50,945 nucleotides of DNA, from positions 1-50,945 of the forward strand of contig JAXDQU010000017.1 of the NCBI GenBank assembly GCA_034667685.1, in the 5' to 3' direction. This DNA comes from Thermoplasmata archaeon (GTDB lineage Archaea; Thermoplasmatota; SW-10-69-26; JACQPN01; JAJPHT01). A model generated the notes under the pieces. That model made no database searches. It saw nothing but the letters and a program-made list of their open reading frames with translations, and was not told where the DNA came from. The translations under genes and the position numbers were made by a program. Below are positions 1-8,306 of this stretch, one piece after another (the stretch's first letter is position 1; each line of letters starts with the position of its first letter).

Positions 1-54
1 TTCGTGCTCTTCGTGGCTTCGGGCTCTTCGTGTGATGTCGAGCGAGGCAGAAGA

Positions 55-82
55 TCAGGCGGCCTTCGCCTTGAACTCGGTG
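55..82 (-). repeat. Displaced synonymous duplicate of rps27ae 3' end (TEFKAKAA*)
   Basis: Minus strand C ACC GAG TTC AAG GCG AAG GCC GCC TGA vs in-gene C ACG GAA TTC AAG GCG AAG GCC GCG TAA (155-182); offset 100 nt. Confidence 0.9.
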
Positions 83-154
83 CTGGACGGAGCCTCCGCC
101 GCGCGCTGCGCTCGCGGCACCTCCGTCCGCACGGAATCCAAGGCTCGGGGCCGC

Positions 155-355
155 TTACGCGGCCTTCGCCTTGAATTCCGTGTATCCGCAGTTGCCGCAC
201 GAGACGCGGTCCTTGTGCTCCGCGAGGAACACGCCGGGGCCGCACTTCGGGCACGCCTTGCGCTTGCGCGTGACCGTCGTGCCCTTGACCTCGTAGAGCG
301 CGCGCTTGCCGGCCGGTCCCTTCTTGGGCTTCGCGGCTTCCTTGCCCTTCGCCAT
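155..355 (-). CDS. rps27ae: 30S ribosomal protein S27ae
   Basis: [26 protein letters not shown] zinc ribbon; last gene of the conserved rpoE' operon. Confidence 0.97.
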   Translation of the reverse strand: MAKGKEAAKPKKGPAGKRALYEVKGTTVTRKRKACPKCGPGVFLAEHKDRVSCGNCGYTEFKAKAA

Positions 356-368
356 GTGTCAGACCTCC

Positions 369-728
369 TTACTTCCTCGCCTTGGGCGCGGCCTTCTTGC
401 CGGCCGCAGGCGCGGCCTCGGTGCGCTCCTTCTTCTTCGGCTTGAGCTCCTCGAGCTTGTTGCGCTTCAGGAGGTACATCGGCTCGTTCTTGCCGATGGC
501 CTCGGGCGTGTCGTAGACGCGCGCGTAGCCCGTCGTGACCTGCTTGCCGAAGGCGCTGTTCATGCTGTCGACGACGACCAGGCTCTTCTTGGAGCCGACG
601 GCGGACGCGACCTTCTCGCGGATCGCGTCGCGGCTGGGCGTCTTCTCGTTGGGGTGGGCGACGCTGAAGCGCACCTCCCAGCGGGACAGCAGCGGGTTCT
701 GCTTCTTGTCCTTGATCTCGATGTCCAT
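369..728 (-). CDS. rps24e: 30S ribosomal protein S24e
   Basis: MDIEIKDKKQNPLLSRWEV...TPSRDAIREKVA...TTGYARVYD; ATG at 728 overlaps the upstream stop. Confidence 0.97.
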   Translation of the reverse strand: MDIEIKDKKQNPLLSRWEVRFSVAHPNEKTPSRDAIREKVASAVGSKKSLVVVDSMNSAFGKQVTTGYARVYDTPEAIGKNEPMYLLKRNKLEELKPKKKERTEAAPAAGKKAAPKARK

Positions 729-1228
729 CACTTCACTTCCATCTGGTTGAGAATGCTCTTCGCCGTCTCGCGGACCTTGTCGTCCACGTGGACGACCACC
801 ATGCCTTCGCGCGGCTGGCCGTAGACGACGCACGCGCCGTTGGGCGCGAGGATCATGGCAGGGAGGGCCGCAAGGTCCTCCTCGCCCCTGACTTGGATGA
901 GCGTGCTCCCCTTCTCCTTGAGACCGCGGTCGATCGCCCCGATCAATTCCTGCGTGATGCACGCGGGCGGGTTGTCCACCCCGACCTTGCGCACGCCGTG
1001 CGTGGGGAGCAGCTCCAGCGCGTTCTCGACGCGCGTCCCGCGCAGCGTCACGCCGTCGACGAGCATGACCTTGGGCAGCACGGAGTTCTCGAGAAAGGTG
1101 CGCGTCACGACGTCGCCCACCGCGATCACGACGCGGCGCTTCGTCTCGTCCAGGGTGCGGCGCGTCTGGTAGACGGGGCCGAACGGCTTCGCCAGCAAGG
1201 GGCGCAACGAGACGGGGAGTCGGTACAT
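728..1228 (-). CDS. DUF359 family GTP-dependent dephospho-CoA kinase
   Basis: LAKPFG, VGDVVT, VDNPPACIT, VRGEEDLAALP, VVYGQPREG motifs; canonical operon position. Confidence 0.92.
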   Translation of the reverse strand: MYRLPVSLRPLLAKPFGPVYQTRRTLDETKRRVVIAVGDVVTRTFLENSVLPKVMLVDGVTLRGTRVENALELLPTHGVRKVGVDNPPACITQELIGAIDRGLKEKGSTLIQVRGEEDLAALPAMILAPNGACVVYGQPREGMVVVHVDDKVRETAKSILNQMEVK

Positions 1229-1301
1229 GTCGGGCGGGGCTCCTTTCTGCATCGGTCTCGGCCAGGCACGTCATCGGCCGATGCGGAGTGCGAGTTTGAT
1301 G

Positions 1302-1490
1302 TCAGCGGACCTTCAGCGCGTACTTTCCGGGCGTGTCGATCTGCATCTTCTTGGCGATGACGCTGTGGGGCACGTCGGTGACGACGACGAACCCGTGGTA
1401 GTCCTTGGAGAGGTTCGTGCCGTGGCAGGCCGGGCACTTCTCCTGGTCCTCGGAGATCAGGTGGCAGTCGCGGCAGGCCTTGCTGACCAT
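1302..1490 (-). CDS. spt4: Transcription elongation factor Spt4 (RpoE'')
   Basis: KACRDCH...CPACHG...TPGKYALKVR; follows rpoE'. Confidence 0.95.
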   Translation of the reverse strand: MVSKACRDCHLISEDQEKCPACHGTNLSKDYHGFVVVTDVPHSVIAKKMQIDTPGKYALKVR

Positions 1491-1492
1491 GC

Positions 1493-2101
1493 TCAGTCCC
1501 TCCGGCCGCGGGGCGGGCCGCGCGGGGGCCGCGGCGCGCGCTGCTTGGGCGCGTCGGGGTTGCGGTCCTCCTCGAGCCACTCGAGCTTGCCCAGGCCGGG
1601 CTGGCGCATGGTGAGGCCGATCTTGGACTCGCGGGGCGAGAGCTCGTTGAGCGAGACGGTGACGAGGCGCGCGCGGACCTTGTCGCCCAGCGCGAGGAAC
1701 CTGCCGGTCTCCTTGCCCGTGAGACGCTCGTTGCCGAGGTCCACGTTGAGGTAGTCGTTCATGATCTGGCTCATGTGGAGCAGGCCGTCGAGCGGGCCGA
1801 AGCGCACGAAGGCGCCGAACTCCACGACCTCGCAGACCGTGCCCTCGACGACCTCGCCCACCTCGGGCTTGAAGGAGAGCGCATTGAACTTCACGCGCTG
1901 GTACACCGCGCCGTCGCCGTGGATCACGCGACCCTCGCCGATGCGCTGGATGTCCGTCGCGAGCACGGTGAAGCCGTGCTTCTTGTTGAGCCGCCCCTCG
2001 AAGGAGCGGTGGACGAGCTCGCGGGCAACCGCATCTTGGTCCTCGCCCAGCTCGTTGGGGGGAATGCGGACGGTGTCTTCCATCTCGACGATCTGATACA
2101 C
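1493..2101 (-). CDS. rpoE1: DNA-directed RNA polymerase subunit E' (Rpo7)
   Basis: DTVRIPP, GDGAVYQRVKF, S1 domain FGAFVRFGPLDGLLHMSQI, IGLTMRQPGLGKLEW; GTG start. Confidence 0.97.
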   Translation of the reverse strand: MYQIVEMEDTVRIPPNELGEDQDAVARELVHRSFEGRLNKKHGFTVLATDIQRIGEGRVIHGDGAVYQRVKFNALSFKPEVGEVVEGTVCEVVEFGAFVRFGPLDGLLHMSQIMNDYLNVDLGNERLTGKETGRFLALGDKVRARLVTVSLNELSPRESKIGLTMRQPGLGKLEWLEEDRNPDAPKQRAPRPPRGPPRGRRD

Positions 2102-2182
2102 GATGGGTTCCTCCGTTGCGCCTCCAGGAAGGAGGGGGCACCCTGACGGGCGCCCTGTTCGGAACGCTGCGCGATGAAAGGG

Positions 2183-2193
2183 CCCCTATTTGA
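2183..2193 (-). promoter_or_regulatory. Putative TATA-box region of the rpoE' operon (TCAAATAGGGG)
   Basis: AT-rich box upstream of rpoE'; identical 11-mer lies upstream of tRNA-Lys (24400-24410). Confidence 0.5.
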
Positions 2194-2430
2194 ATGCTTG
2201 CGGCTGGAGGGCCTTGACCCGAAAGTGAGCCTCAAGGTGGAATGATCGGCAGTATTCGCCCAAAGATTCCATCCTGCCGCGTTCCTGAGCGGAAATCCAA
2301 GGTTTTGATACAAGTGAAGGAGAATGGAGGAGAACGGTCGGCAGAGCGGAAGGGCTTGGATCGCGATCGCGCTCCCTCCGCCAACCAATCGGACGGGGAC
2401 GAGTTCGCCGAAGCCCATGTCCGGGGCGAG

Positions 2431-2511
2431 CTACTGCTTCTTGGCCACCTTCTTTGCGGCGGCCTCGGCCTCTTTCTGTTCGCGGAGGTACCGTCCCGGA
2501 TGGGGATACAC
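2431..2511 (-). CDS. Putative 26-aa small protein (MYPHPGRYLREQKEAEAAAKKVAKKQ)
   Basis: GTG start overlaps the TAG stop of the upstream RHH gene (TAGTG); host-like codons; below the ORF-track cutoff. Confidence 0.4.
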   Translation of the reverse strand: MYPHPGRYLREQKEAEAAAKKVAKKQ

Positions 2512-2720
2512 TATCGCTTGGTCTTGGCGTCGGCCTTGACCCACTTGCCTTCCTCGATTTCTCGGAGGATGGCCCAGCCGCGTTCAACGGCGTGGGTCAG
2601 GCTGTGGAACTCCTTGCCCTCGCCGGTGCGCTCCATGATCCAGGCCAAAAGCTCGGGGCCGGGCGTCACGCTGATGCGCTGTTTTCGGCCTTCGCCACGG
2701 GCGGGGCTCCGTCCCATCAC
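2511..2720 (-). CDS. Ribbon-helix-helix-like DNA-binding protein
   Basis: KQRISVT strand followed by two helices (ELLAWIMERT / FHSLTHAVERGWAILRE). Confidence 0.6.
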   Translation of the reverse strand: MMGRSPARGEGRKQRISVTPGPELLAWIMERTGEGKEFHSLTHAVERGWAILREIEEGKWVKADAKTKR

Positions 2721-2754
2721 GTGCGATTAGGCGATATGTGGGCTTAAGCGGGCA

Positions 2755-2785
2755 TGTGCAATTGCACACGATTAGGTGCAATTGT
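2755..2785. promoter_or_regulatory. Putative operator between divergent regulators
   Basis: Perfect palindrome TGTGCAATTGCACA (2755-2768) and partial copy GTGCAATTGT (2776-2785); CGATTAGG repeated at 2724 and 2769. Confidence 0.6.
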
Positions 2786-3107
2786 GAGCCACCCCAAGAA
2801 AGCACCCGCCCGCCCACCCCGACTCACCGACCTGAACGAACCCCGCGCCTTCGTCGCCCTCTGCAACCTCCGCAACGTCGAGGGCCCGGTCAGCATGACG
2901 ATGTTCACCTCGCGCAGCGAACTGACGCCCTACGGCGCCCGTATCGCGCTTGGCGCCCTCGTCCGCCTCGGGTTCGCCACCGTCGAGCGAGGCCGCCCCC
3001 AAGGCAAGATTCGCCCCATGAAAATCCGCCTCACCGAGAAAGGCAAGAGCCTCGCCAAGGAGCTGGGGGAACTCGAAGCCCTACTCAAGGACCCCCGCGC
3101 CCCCTGA
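2784..3107 (+). CDS. Winged helix-turn-helix (MarR/HxlR-like) regulator
   Basis: ALGALVRLGFATVE...IRLTEKGKSLAKEL wing signature; GTG start. Confidence 0.75.
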   Translation: MSHPKKAPARPPRLTDLNEPRAFVALCNLRNVEGPVSMTMFTSRSELTPYGARIALGALVRLGFATVERGRPQGKIRPMKIRLTEKGKSLAKELGELEALLKDPRAP

Positions 3108-3169
3108 CACCGCCTCGCGGATCGCGGCGGCCCACCGCGACTCGCCCGCACGGCGCCGCACGCCCGTGC

Positions 3170-3376
3170 CGGCAGCTCGGCGGGCGTCTTGCCCCCAGGG
3201 GCTTGGTGGGACCGCAGGAGCTTGCAGAAGGCAGCGTGGCCCGTGGTGAGCGGCCCAGCGGGCTTCTTGAGGCCATGAGCGCCCTTCTGGCGCTTGCGGA
3301 GCGTCCCGTTCAACCGCTCGACGCGGTTGTTGTTGGGCGTGTGTGCTGCCGAGTGCGTGACTGAAAATTTTGACAA
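3170..3376 (-). pseudogene. Degenerate DDE (IS6/rve-like) transposase C-terminal remnant
   Basis: NNNRVERLNGTLRKR..GLK...LRSHQAPGGKTPAE resembles the integrase-core C-terminus; N-terminal catalytic region absent. Confidence 0.7.
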
Positions 3377-3543
3377 GTCAACTCCTTAACACTCGCCATA
3401 CTCCCCAGCGGGACAGTCCCGTCAGCACTCATCGCGGAGGGGGGTTCACCTATCCGGGACAGTACCTTCGGAACGACCTGACTTGGTGGCTGATCCAGCA
3501 TCCTTCGGAACAGGAGCGCTGTCGGCGCTGTGCAAAGCCTACG

Positions 3544-3978
3544 CTAGTATGGTCGGATGATAATGCTCAGGGTTACAACGAACCAGACGAACCAAAGGAG
3601 GCCTGTGGTCGCAATAATGGCATACAACAGGTGTCGCGCCTTGATCCCGGCCGGTCGCTCGGTGAACATCCGGTGCTCCTCGACGATCCCCCGTTCAAGG
3701 AGGCCGACCACGGCCGTGGCCCGCTGCAAGTACCAGTTGTTTCGATGAATGAAGTAATACCAAATTAACGAAACGATCGCACCAGTAAGCGCGACTAGCG
3801 CCGCCAGAGGATCGGTTGCGCGTACCCCCTTGGCGAAGAGGGCCCCAACCAAGAGCCCTTGGACCACGAAGTAGGCATTGACTAGTTGCCAACGGCGAGA
3901 GTCTTGATACTGGACATTCTTCACAGCCTCGGCATAGTCAATTGGCCTGAGGGGCGCTGGAAGTTGACCGGCGGCCAT
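3544..3978 (-). CDS. Small 3-TM membrane protein (possibly RipA-like)
   Basis: Three hydrophobic segments; D..RW..N.Y.V.Q pattern; lower-GC region. Confidence 0.7.
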   Translation of the reverse strand: MAAGQLPAPLRPIDYAEAVKNVQYQDSRRWQLVNAYFVVQGLLVGALFAKGVRATDPLAALVALTGAIVSLIWYYFIHRNNWYLQRATAVVGLLERGIVEEHRMFTERPAGIKARHLLYAIIATTGLLWFVWFVVTLSIIIRPY

Positions 3979-4109
3979 AATAGATCGAACTGCCGTGCCC
4001 TATGTTAACGCGTCGAAGTAACAAGGCGCTCCACATGATCCATTGGATCCACCGGAAATGTCTCAATGAGGCGAAGCGCTAATGAGACCTGTAAGCGGTC
4101 GCGCCCGAT

Positions 4110-5762
4110 GTGCCGCAGCTTACCCTCAAGTCATTTGGATTTCAGCCCGAGGATGTGGGGGTGGGCCTTCTCGAATCCATTACGACGGGCCTCTATCGGG
4201 AATCAGGCGACGTCCTCCGCGAATATATTTCGAATGAAATTGATAATACGCCCACGCCGCGCCTCGTGGAGATTCGAATCAATCCGGCGGCCGCAACAGT
4301 CACGATCCAGGGCGACGGCCCCGGAATGAACTGGCAGAAATTCCGGGACGCTGTAAAGATTGGCGTGTCTTTCAAGGATCCGTCGGCAAACGTGGGATTC
4401 CGAGGTATCGGTATCTGGGCGGGGCTTGCGGCATGCGAAGAACTCATTATCGCGACGAAGAGCCGCGACGACGACAACGAGTATGAGTTGCACGTGGACT
4501 GCACGAAGCTCCGGAGTTACTATCAGGGCGCCAAGAGGCACGCCGCGCTAACGGATGCTCTTAACGACTGTGCGGGATACATCCAAAGGAAATCTACTCG
4601 TGAACCGGGTACTGAGGTTACTCTCAGGGGAATTCTACCTGCTTTCCGCGATCTGCTCGATGAGGACAGCGTTCGAGCCTATCTTACGCGGGAATGCCCG
4701 CTTGCCTTTGAAGACGGATTCCCTCACGCATCGGAGATCGACAAGAAACTCAAGGAAAACGTGCCACGGTATCGGCGCGTGAAAATGACTCTCAACAACG
4801 TTCCGGTGAAGGGACTCTCGGCTCCGTCGCAGATGCGGGCGCCGATTTTCGGGGAAATTACAGCGAAGGTTGGAGACGGCGGCAAGCCGCAGACGCTTGC
4901 CTACTATTGGCTAAGCCATGCTGCGACTACTGAGGCAATCGAGCCCAGCTATGACCGGGGCCTCCGTATTCGCGTTCGGAACTTCACTGTCGTGGACCCG
5001 GCTGGGGTGCAAGCGTTCCTCCAGAAGCTGAGTGGCACGAACATGCACATGCTCAACTACTGGGTTGGTGAAATCCACGCGATCCACGCCGATTTCAAAC
5101 CAAACGCGGAGCGCCGCGATCTTGAAAACTCGGTCGCCAAAGGCGTTCTCTATGAGCATGTTGCCAAGGACGTTTTTGACGGAATGATGGTCCCGTGGTC
5201 AAGGACCATCTCCGACATGCAGAACTTGGAAAAGGAAACGAAAAAGGCGCTCGAAGAGCCGAATACGGTCAAGCCTGCAAACTATCGCGACGCGGTGGAA
5301 GTCGATCGCGCAGGACGAGAGATCGAGGAGAAGTTGGAGAGCCTTCGCCGGAGGCGAAAAGACCTAAAGACCAAGCTCAAAAAAGTTGACAGTGCTTCGC
5401 CGCTGCAGAAGCAGGTTACGCATCTCGACACCGAGGCGGAGAAGGCGATCAAGCGCCTTGAGTCAAAGCACAAGCGACTAGAAAGCCTTCTTGAAGAGAG
5501 GCGCGGGGGAATCATTCAGAAGCCCGCCGCGAAGGCAAAGGCGACATCCGCAAAGCAAACCAGCCTGTCAAACAAAGCCTCGGCCGACTCTGCCGAGCTG
5601 GCTAAGGAAGCAACTGAGCGCATCGGAAGCTACTCGGCGGACCCCAAGAAGATCGTCCGCGCTCTGGTACAGGCGCTCTTGGAGACCGGCGTTGCTGAGT
5701 CCGAGGACGACGTTCGTGAAGTCGTGAACCGCACGGTCGTAATCTTGCAGCGCGCACGGTGA
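4110..5762 (+). CDS. MORC-like GHKL (HSP90-type) ATPase with C-terminal coiled coil
   Basis: LREYISNEIDN, DGPGM, GFRGIG, GTEVTL motifs; S5-like GEIHA..PNAERRDLE; charged helical tail. Confidence 0.88.
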   Translation: MPQLTLKSFGFQPEDVGVGLLESITTGLYRESGDVLREYISNEIDNTPTPRLVEIRINPAAATVTIQGDGPGMNWQKFRDAVKIGVSFKDPSANVGFRGIGIWAGLAACEELIIATKSRDDDNEYELHVDCTKLRSYYQGAKRHAALTDALNDCAGYIQRKSTREPGTEVTLRGILPAFRDLLDEDSVRAYLTRECPLAFEDGFPHASEIDKKLKENVPRYRRVKMTLNNVPVKGLSAPSQMRAPIFGEITAKVGDGGKPQTLAYYWLSHAATTEAIEPSYDRGLRIRVRNFTVVDPAGVQAFLQKLSGTNMHMLNYWVGEIHAIHADFKPNAERRDLENSVAKGVLYEHVAKDVFDGMMVPWSRTISDMQNLEKETKKALEEPNTVKPANYRDAVEVDRAGREIEEKLESLRRRRKDLKTKLKKVDSASPLQKQVTHLDTEAEKAIKRLESKHKRLESLLEERRGGIIQKPAAKAKATSAKQTSLSNKASADSAELAKEATERIGSYSADPKKIVRALVQALLETGVAESEDDVREVVNRTVVILQRAR

Positions 5763-5763
5763 T

Positions 5764-6663
5764 CTGCTGGAACGCTTTGCAACAAATCTCGCTAAGGAAT
5801 GGATTCGCTACCAGGTCGATCTACCTGCTATCGAGCCTCTTTCGAAGGAACTTCGGGCCGAAGGCTTCCGAGTCGGATACGTCGGCACCCCAGGGCCGGA
5901 CCTTCTCGACGTTCGCGCCTGGAGGCCAGCGCTAGATTTCGCACTCGCAAGTGAGCGATCAGGCACTGACCTCCGAGACCTTCGCTTCAATGCTCGGAAA
6001 TATTTCCACGAAGGTTTCCTGTTTTCCACTGACTACGGCATAGATGATGTCCTAGCAAATGCTGGTGCAAGTCTTCCAGTATTAGATTCAATCGATCAGC
6101 TACCCGCAATTGTCAACTATGACGTGTATGCTAATCCTGTAAAGCCGCAGCGTCAAGCATTCGACCCCAAAGGGCCCTTCTGGTCAGGTATTCGCAACTA
6201 CCTTCGCACGGCGGCGGCAGAACGACTTCCAGCGCTGTTGCTCATCATGACAACCGGTCTCAGGGGAAAGACGGCAATCTACGACCGCGCAATCAACAGC
6301 ATCCTCGAAGAGATTGAAGACTACTCTCTGGAGATACCTTCGGAGCTAGAGCCGGCAATCGTGAAGGGAACGATGCCAAAAAAATACCAACTTTGCATCC
6401 CATATTGGCTCGCTCGCTATTCAGCTACTAGCGAGGGTTACGGCGTAGAGGTCGTGGAAAGCCTCGACTACATTGGGACGGGAAATGTCCGAATGATGCA
6501 CCTCATCCTCAAATTGCGCCGGCGCGTCGATGATGCACAGCCTCGCGAGAGCGCCTTGCTACGGCTTGTGAACTTCCCTCATCGGACTTTGGAGTCAGTG
6601 GGCAGCTCATTCCGGCCCCGTTCTGTTCGGCTTCCCACCATTCCGCCCCCCAATGGGGGGTGA
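5764..6663 (+). CDS. Putative SAM-dependent methyltransferase-like protein (true start upstream of the ORF-track start)
   Basis: Frame open from 5743 to 6663; upstream part encodes GYVGTPGPDLLDVRAW...LASE...IVNYDVY, resembling Rossmann motifs I/II/IV; only CTG available as a start near 5764. Confidence 0.55.
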   Translation: MLERFATNLAKEWIRYQVDLPAIEPLSKELRAEGFRVGYVGTPGPDLLDVRAWRPALDFALASERSGTDLRDLRFNARKYFHEGFLFSTDYGIDDVLANAGASLPVLDSIDQLPAIVNYDVYANPVKPQRQAFDPKGPFWSGIRNYLRTAAAERLPALLLIMTTGLRGKTAIYDRAINSILEEIEDYSLEIPSELEPAIVKGTMPKKYQLCIPYWLARYSATSEGYGVEVVESLDYIGTGNVRMMHLILKLRRRVDDAQPRESALLRLVNFPHRTLESVGSSFRPRSVRLPTIPPPNGG

Positions 6664-6693
6664 AGTTCTAAGTGGGGGGATCCTAATCGCGCA

Positions 6694-7857
6694 TTGGATC
6701 TCCGGGCGCGTGTGTCGGTGAGCGAGTATGTCCTTCTTGTTGAACCCGACTATTACACCCGCTATCCGCCGCTGGGACTGCTCAAACTGGCGAGCTATCA
6801 TATGTCCCGTGGAGATGAGGTTAGATTGGTGCGTGGCGAGAAGAAACTCCGACGCACCCCCGACCGGATCTATGTAACGAGCCTCTTTTCCTACGCATGG
6901 CGACCAGTTCATGCGGCCGTCCGCCATTACAAGAAGCTCTTCCCGAAGGCGCCGGTTTCACTCGGTGGAATCTATGCATCGCTTCTTCCGGAGCATGCTG
7001 CAACTGCGGGTGCAGATGAGATCATGGTCGGCCTCCATCCCGAGGCAGAGTCGCATGTCCCGGCTTGGAAGTTGGTGCCAGAATGGGATGGGAGCATCCT
7101 CTTTGCGTCTCGTGGCTGTGTCAGGAAATGCGGGTTCTGCTCAGTTCCCAAGCTTGAGGGTGCGCCGAGTGCGTTCAAGGAGAACATCAAATCGCAGTTG
7201 TTCGAGCGCCACTCCCGAATCATTCTTTGGGACAACAACATCCTGGGGAACTGGAACTGGCGACCAATTTTCGAAGAGCTTGCTGCGATTGGAAAAGAGG
7301 TTGACTTCAATCAGGGGTTGGATGCCCGGCTTGTCACTGACGAGTCTGCTCAGGCGATCGCGCGGATCCCCACCCGGACCATCCGACTCGCGTATGACTA
7401 TCCCGGAATTCGCGAAGGCGTCAGGGAAGGCATCGAGACGCTGGTAAGGCACGGAGTTAGCCGCAAGAAGATCGTGGTCTATACTCTCTACAACTACATC
7501 GAATCCCCTGAGGATTTCTATGAAAAGGTCCGCGATCTTCTGGAATGGGGCGTAACATCCTATCCAATGCGATTCGAGCCATTAACTTCCCTGACGAAGA
7601 ACGCCTATGTCGCGCCTAAGTGGACACGCGAGCAGTTGAACGCCGTGGCGAACGCGCGGCGTGTCCTTGGGTATGCCGGTGCCTTCCCAGCATACAAGGG
7701 TCTCGTCGAGAAATTCAAGCGTGCGGGGAGCTTCGAAGAGGCGTTTCGTCTCCGCGACGTGGGCGCACGTCGTTCCACGAAAACTACGGGCCATCTTCGC
7801 GCTTCTCAACCACGCTGGGGGGGTGTTCTCGATTGGCGGCAAATGACCAGAAACTAA
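6694..7857 (+). CDS. Radical SAM protein with N-terminal cobalamin-binding-like domain
   Basis: YPPLGLLKLASYH, VTSLFSY, LGGIYASL, SRGCVRKCGFC (CxxxCxxC), DNNIL, DFNQGLDAR. Confidence 0.92.
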   Translation: MDLRARVSVSEYVLLVEPDYYTRYPPLGLLKLASYHMSRGDEVRLVRGEKKLRRTPDRIYVTSLFSYAWRPVHAAVRHYKKLFPKAPVSLGGIYASLLPEHAATAGADEIMVGLHPEAESHVPAWKLVPEWDGSILFASRGCVRKCGFCSVPKLEGAPSAFKENIKSQLFERHSRIILWDNNILGNWNWRPIFEELAAIGKEVDFNQGLDARLVTDESAQAIARIPTRTIRLAYDYPGIREGVREGIETLVRHGVSRKKIVVYTLYNYIESPEDFYEKVRDLLEWGVTSYPMRFEPLTSLTKNAYVAPKWTREQLNAVANARRVLGYAGAFPAYKGLVEKFKRAGSFEEAFRLRDVGARRSTKTTGHLRASQPRWGGVLDWRQMTRN

Positions 7858-7913
7858 GCAGGGTTGTAAGGGGGACTTCACCTGCGACAGACGATGCGTG
7901 GCAAATAGGCTCC

Positions 7914-8252
7914 TTGGTGCCTCCCGGCACTTGCCTCTGCTGTGGTGTTAGGTTCGGTGGAGGCGAGACGAGGCGGCAGGGCCCCTACCTAAACATGCCC
8001 TATCGCTATGTGTGTCTGCGCTGTTGGTCCTTACCCTTTGCATACTTCCCGGACAAGGTTCTCGCCCCGTGTGGCGAATGCTGGATACCCTCGCTGAACG
8101 AGCAGCATGTTCACGTCGCGCCGAGAGAACGCGCGTTCACCGCAACGCGAAAAGGGGAGTCAGGCAACAAGAAAGTAAGCGGGCACGGTTTCCCGAAGAA
8201 GGCCACCAAGCACAAGCGCGCCAAGAAGAAAACCCCGAAGCGCAAGGGCTGA
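7914..8252 (+). CDS. Hypothetical Cys-rich (Zn-finger-like) protein with basic tail
   Basis: CLCC, CLRC, CGEC pairs; Lys-rich C-terminus; start uncertain. Confidence 0.35.
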   Translation: MVPPGTCLCCGVRFGGGETRRQGPYLNMPYRYVCLRCWSLPFAYFPDKVLAPCGECWIPSLNEQHVHVAPRERAFTATRKGESGNKKVSGHGFPKKATKHKRAKKKTPKRKG

Positions 8253-8306
8253 GCGAAGATAAGTGCCTTCTATTCCGATCAGAGGCTACAGCCATCTTTG
8301 TTCGTT

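Noticed and set aside
2200-2330. Possible C/D-box sRNA upstream of rpoE'
   Set aside because: No proper RUGAUGA C box or paired D/D' arrangement
3370-3768. 132-aa plus-strand ORF
   Set aside because: Overlaps the better-supported membrane protein on the minus strand; no motifs
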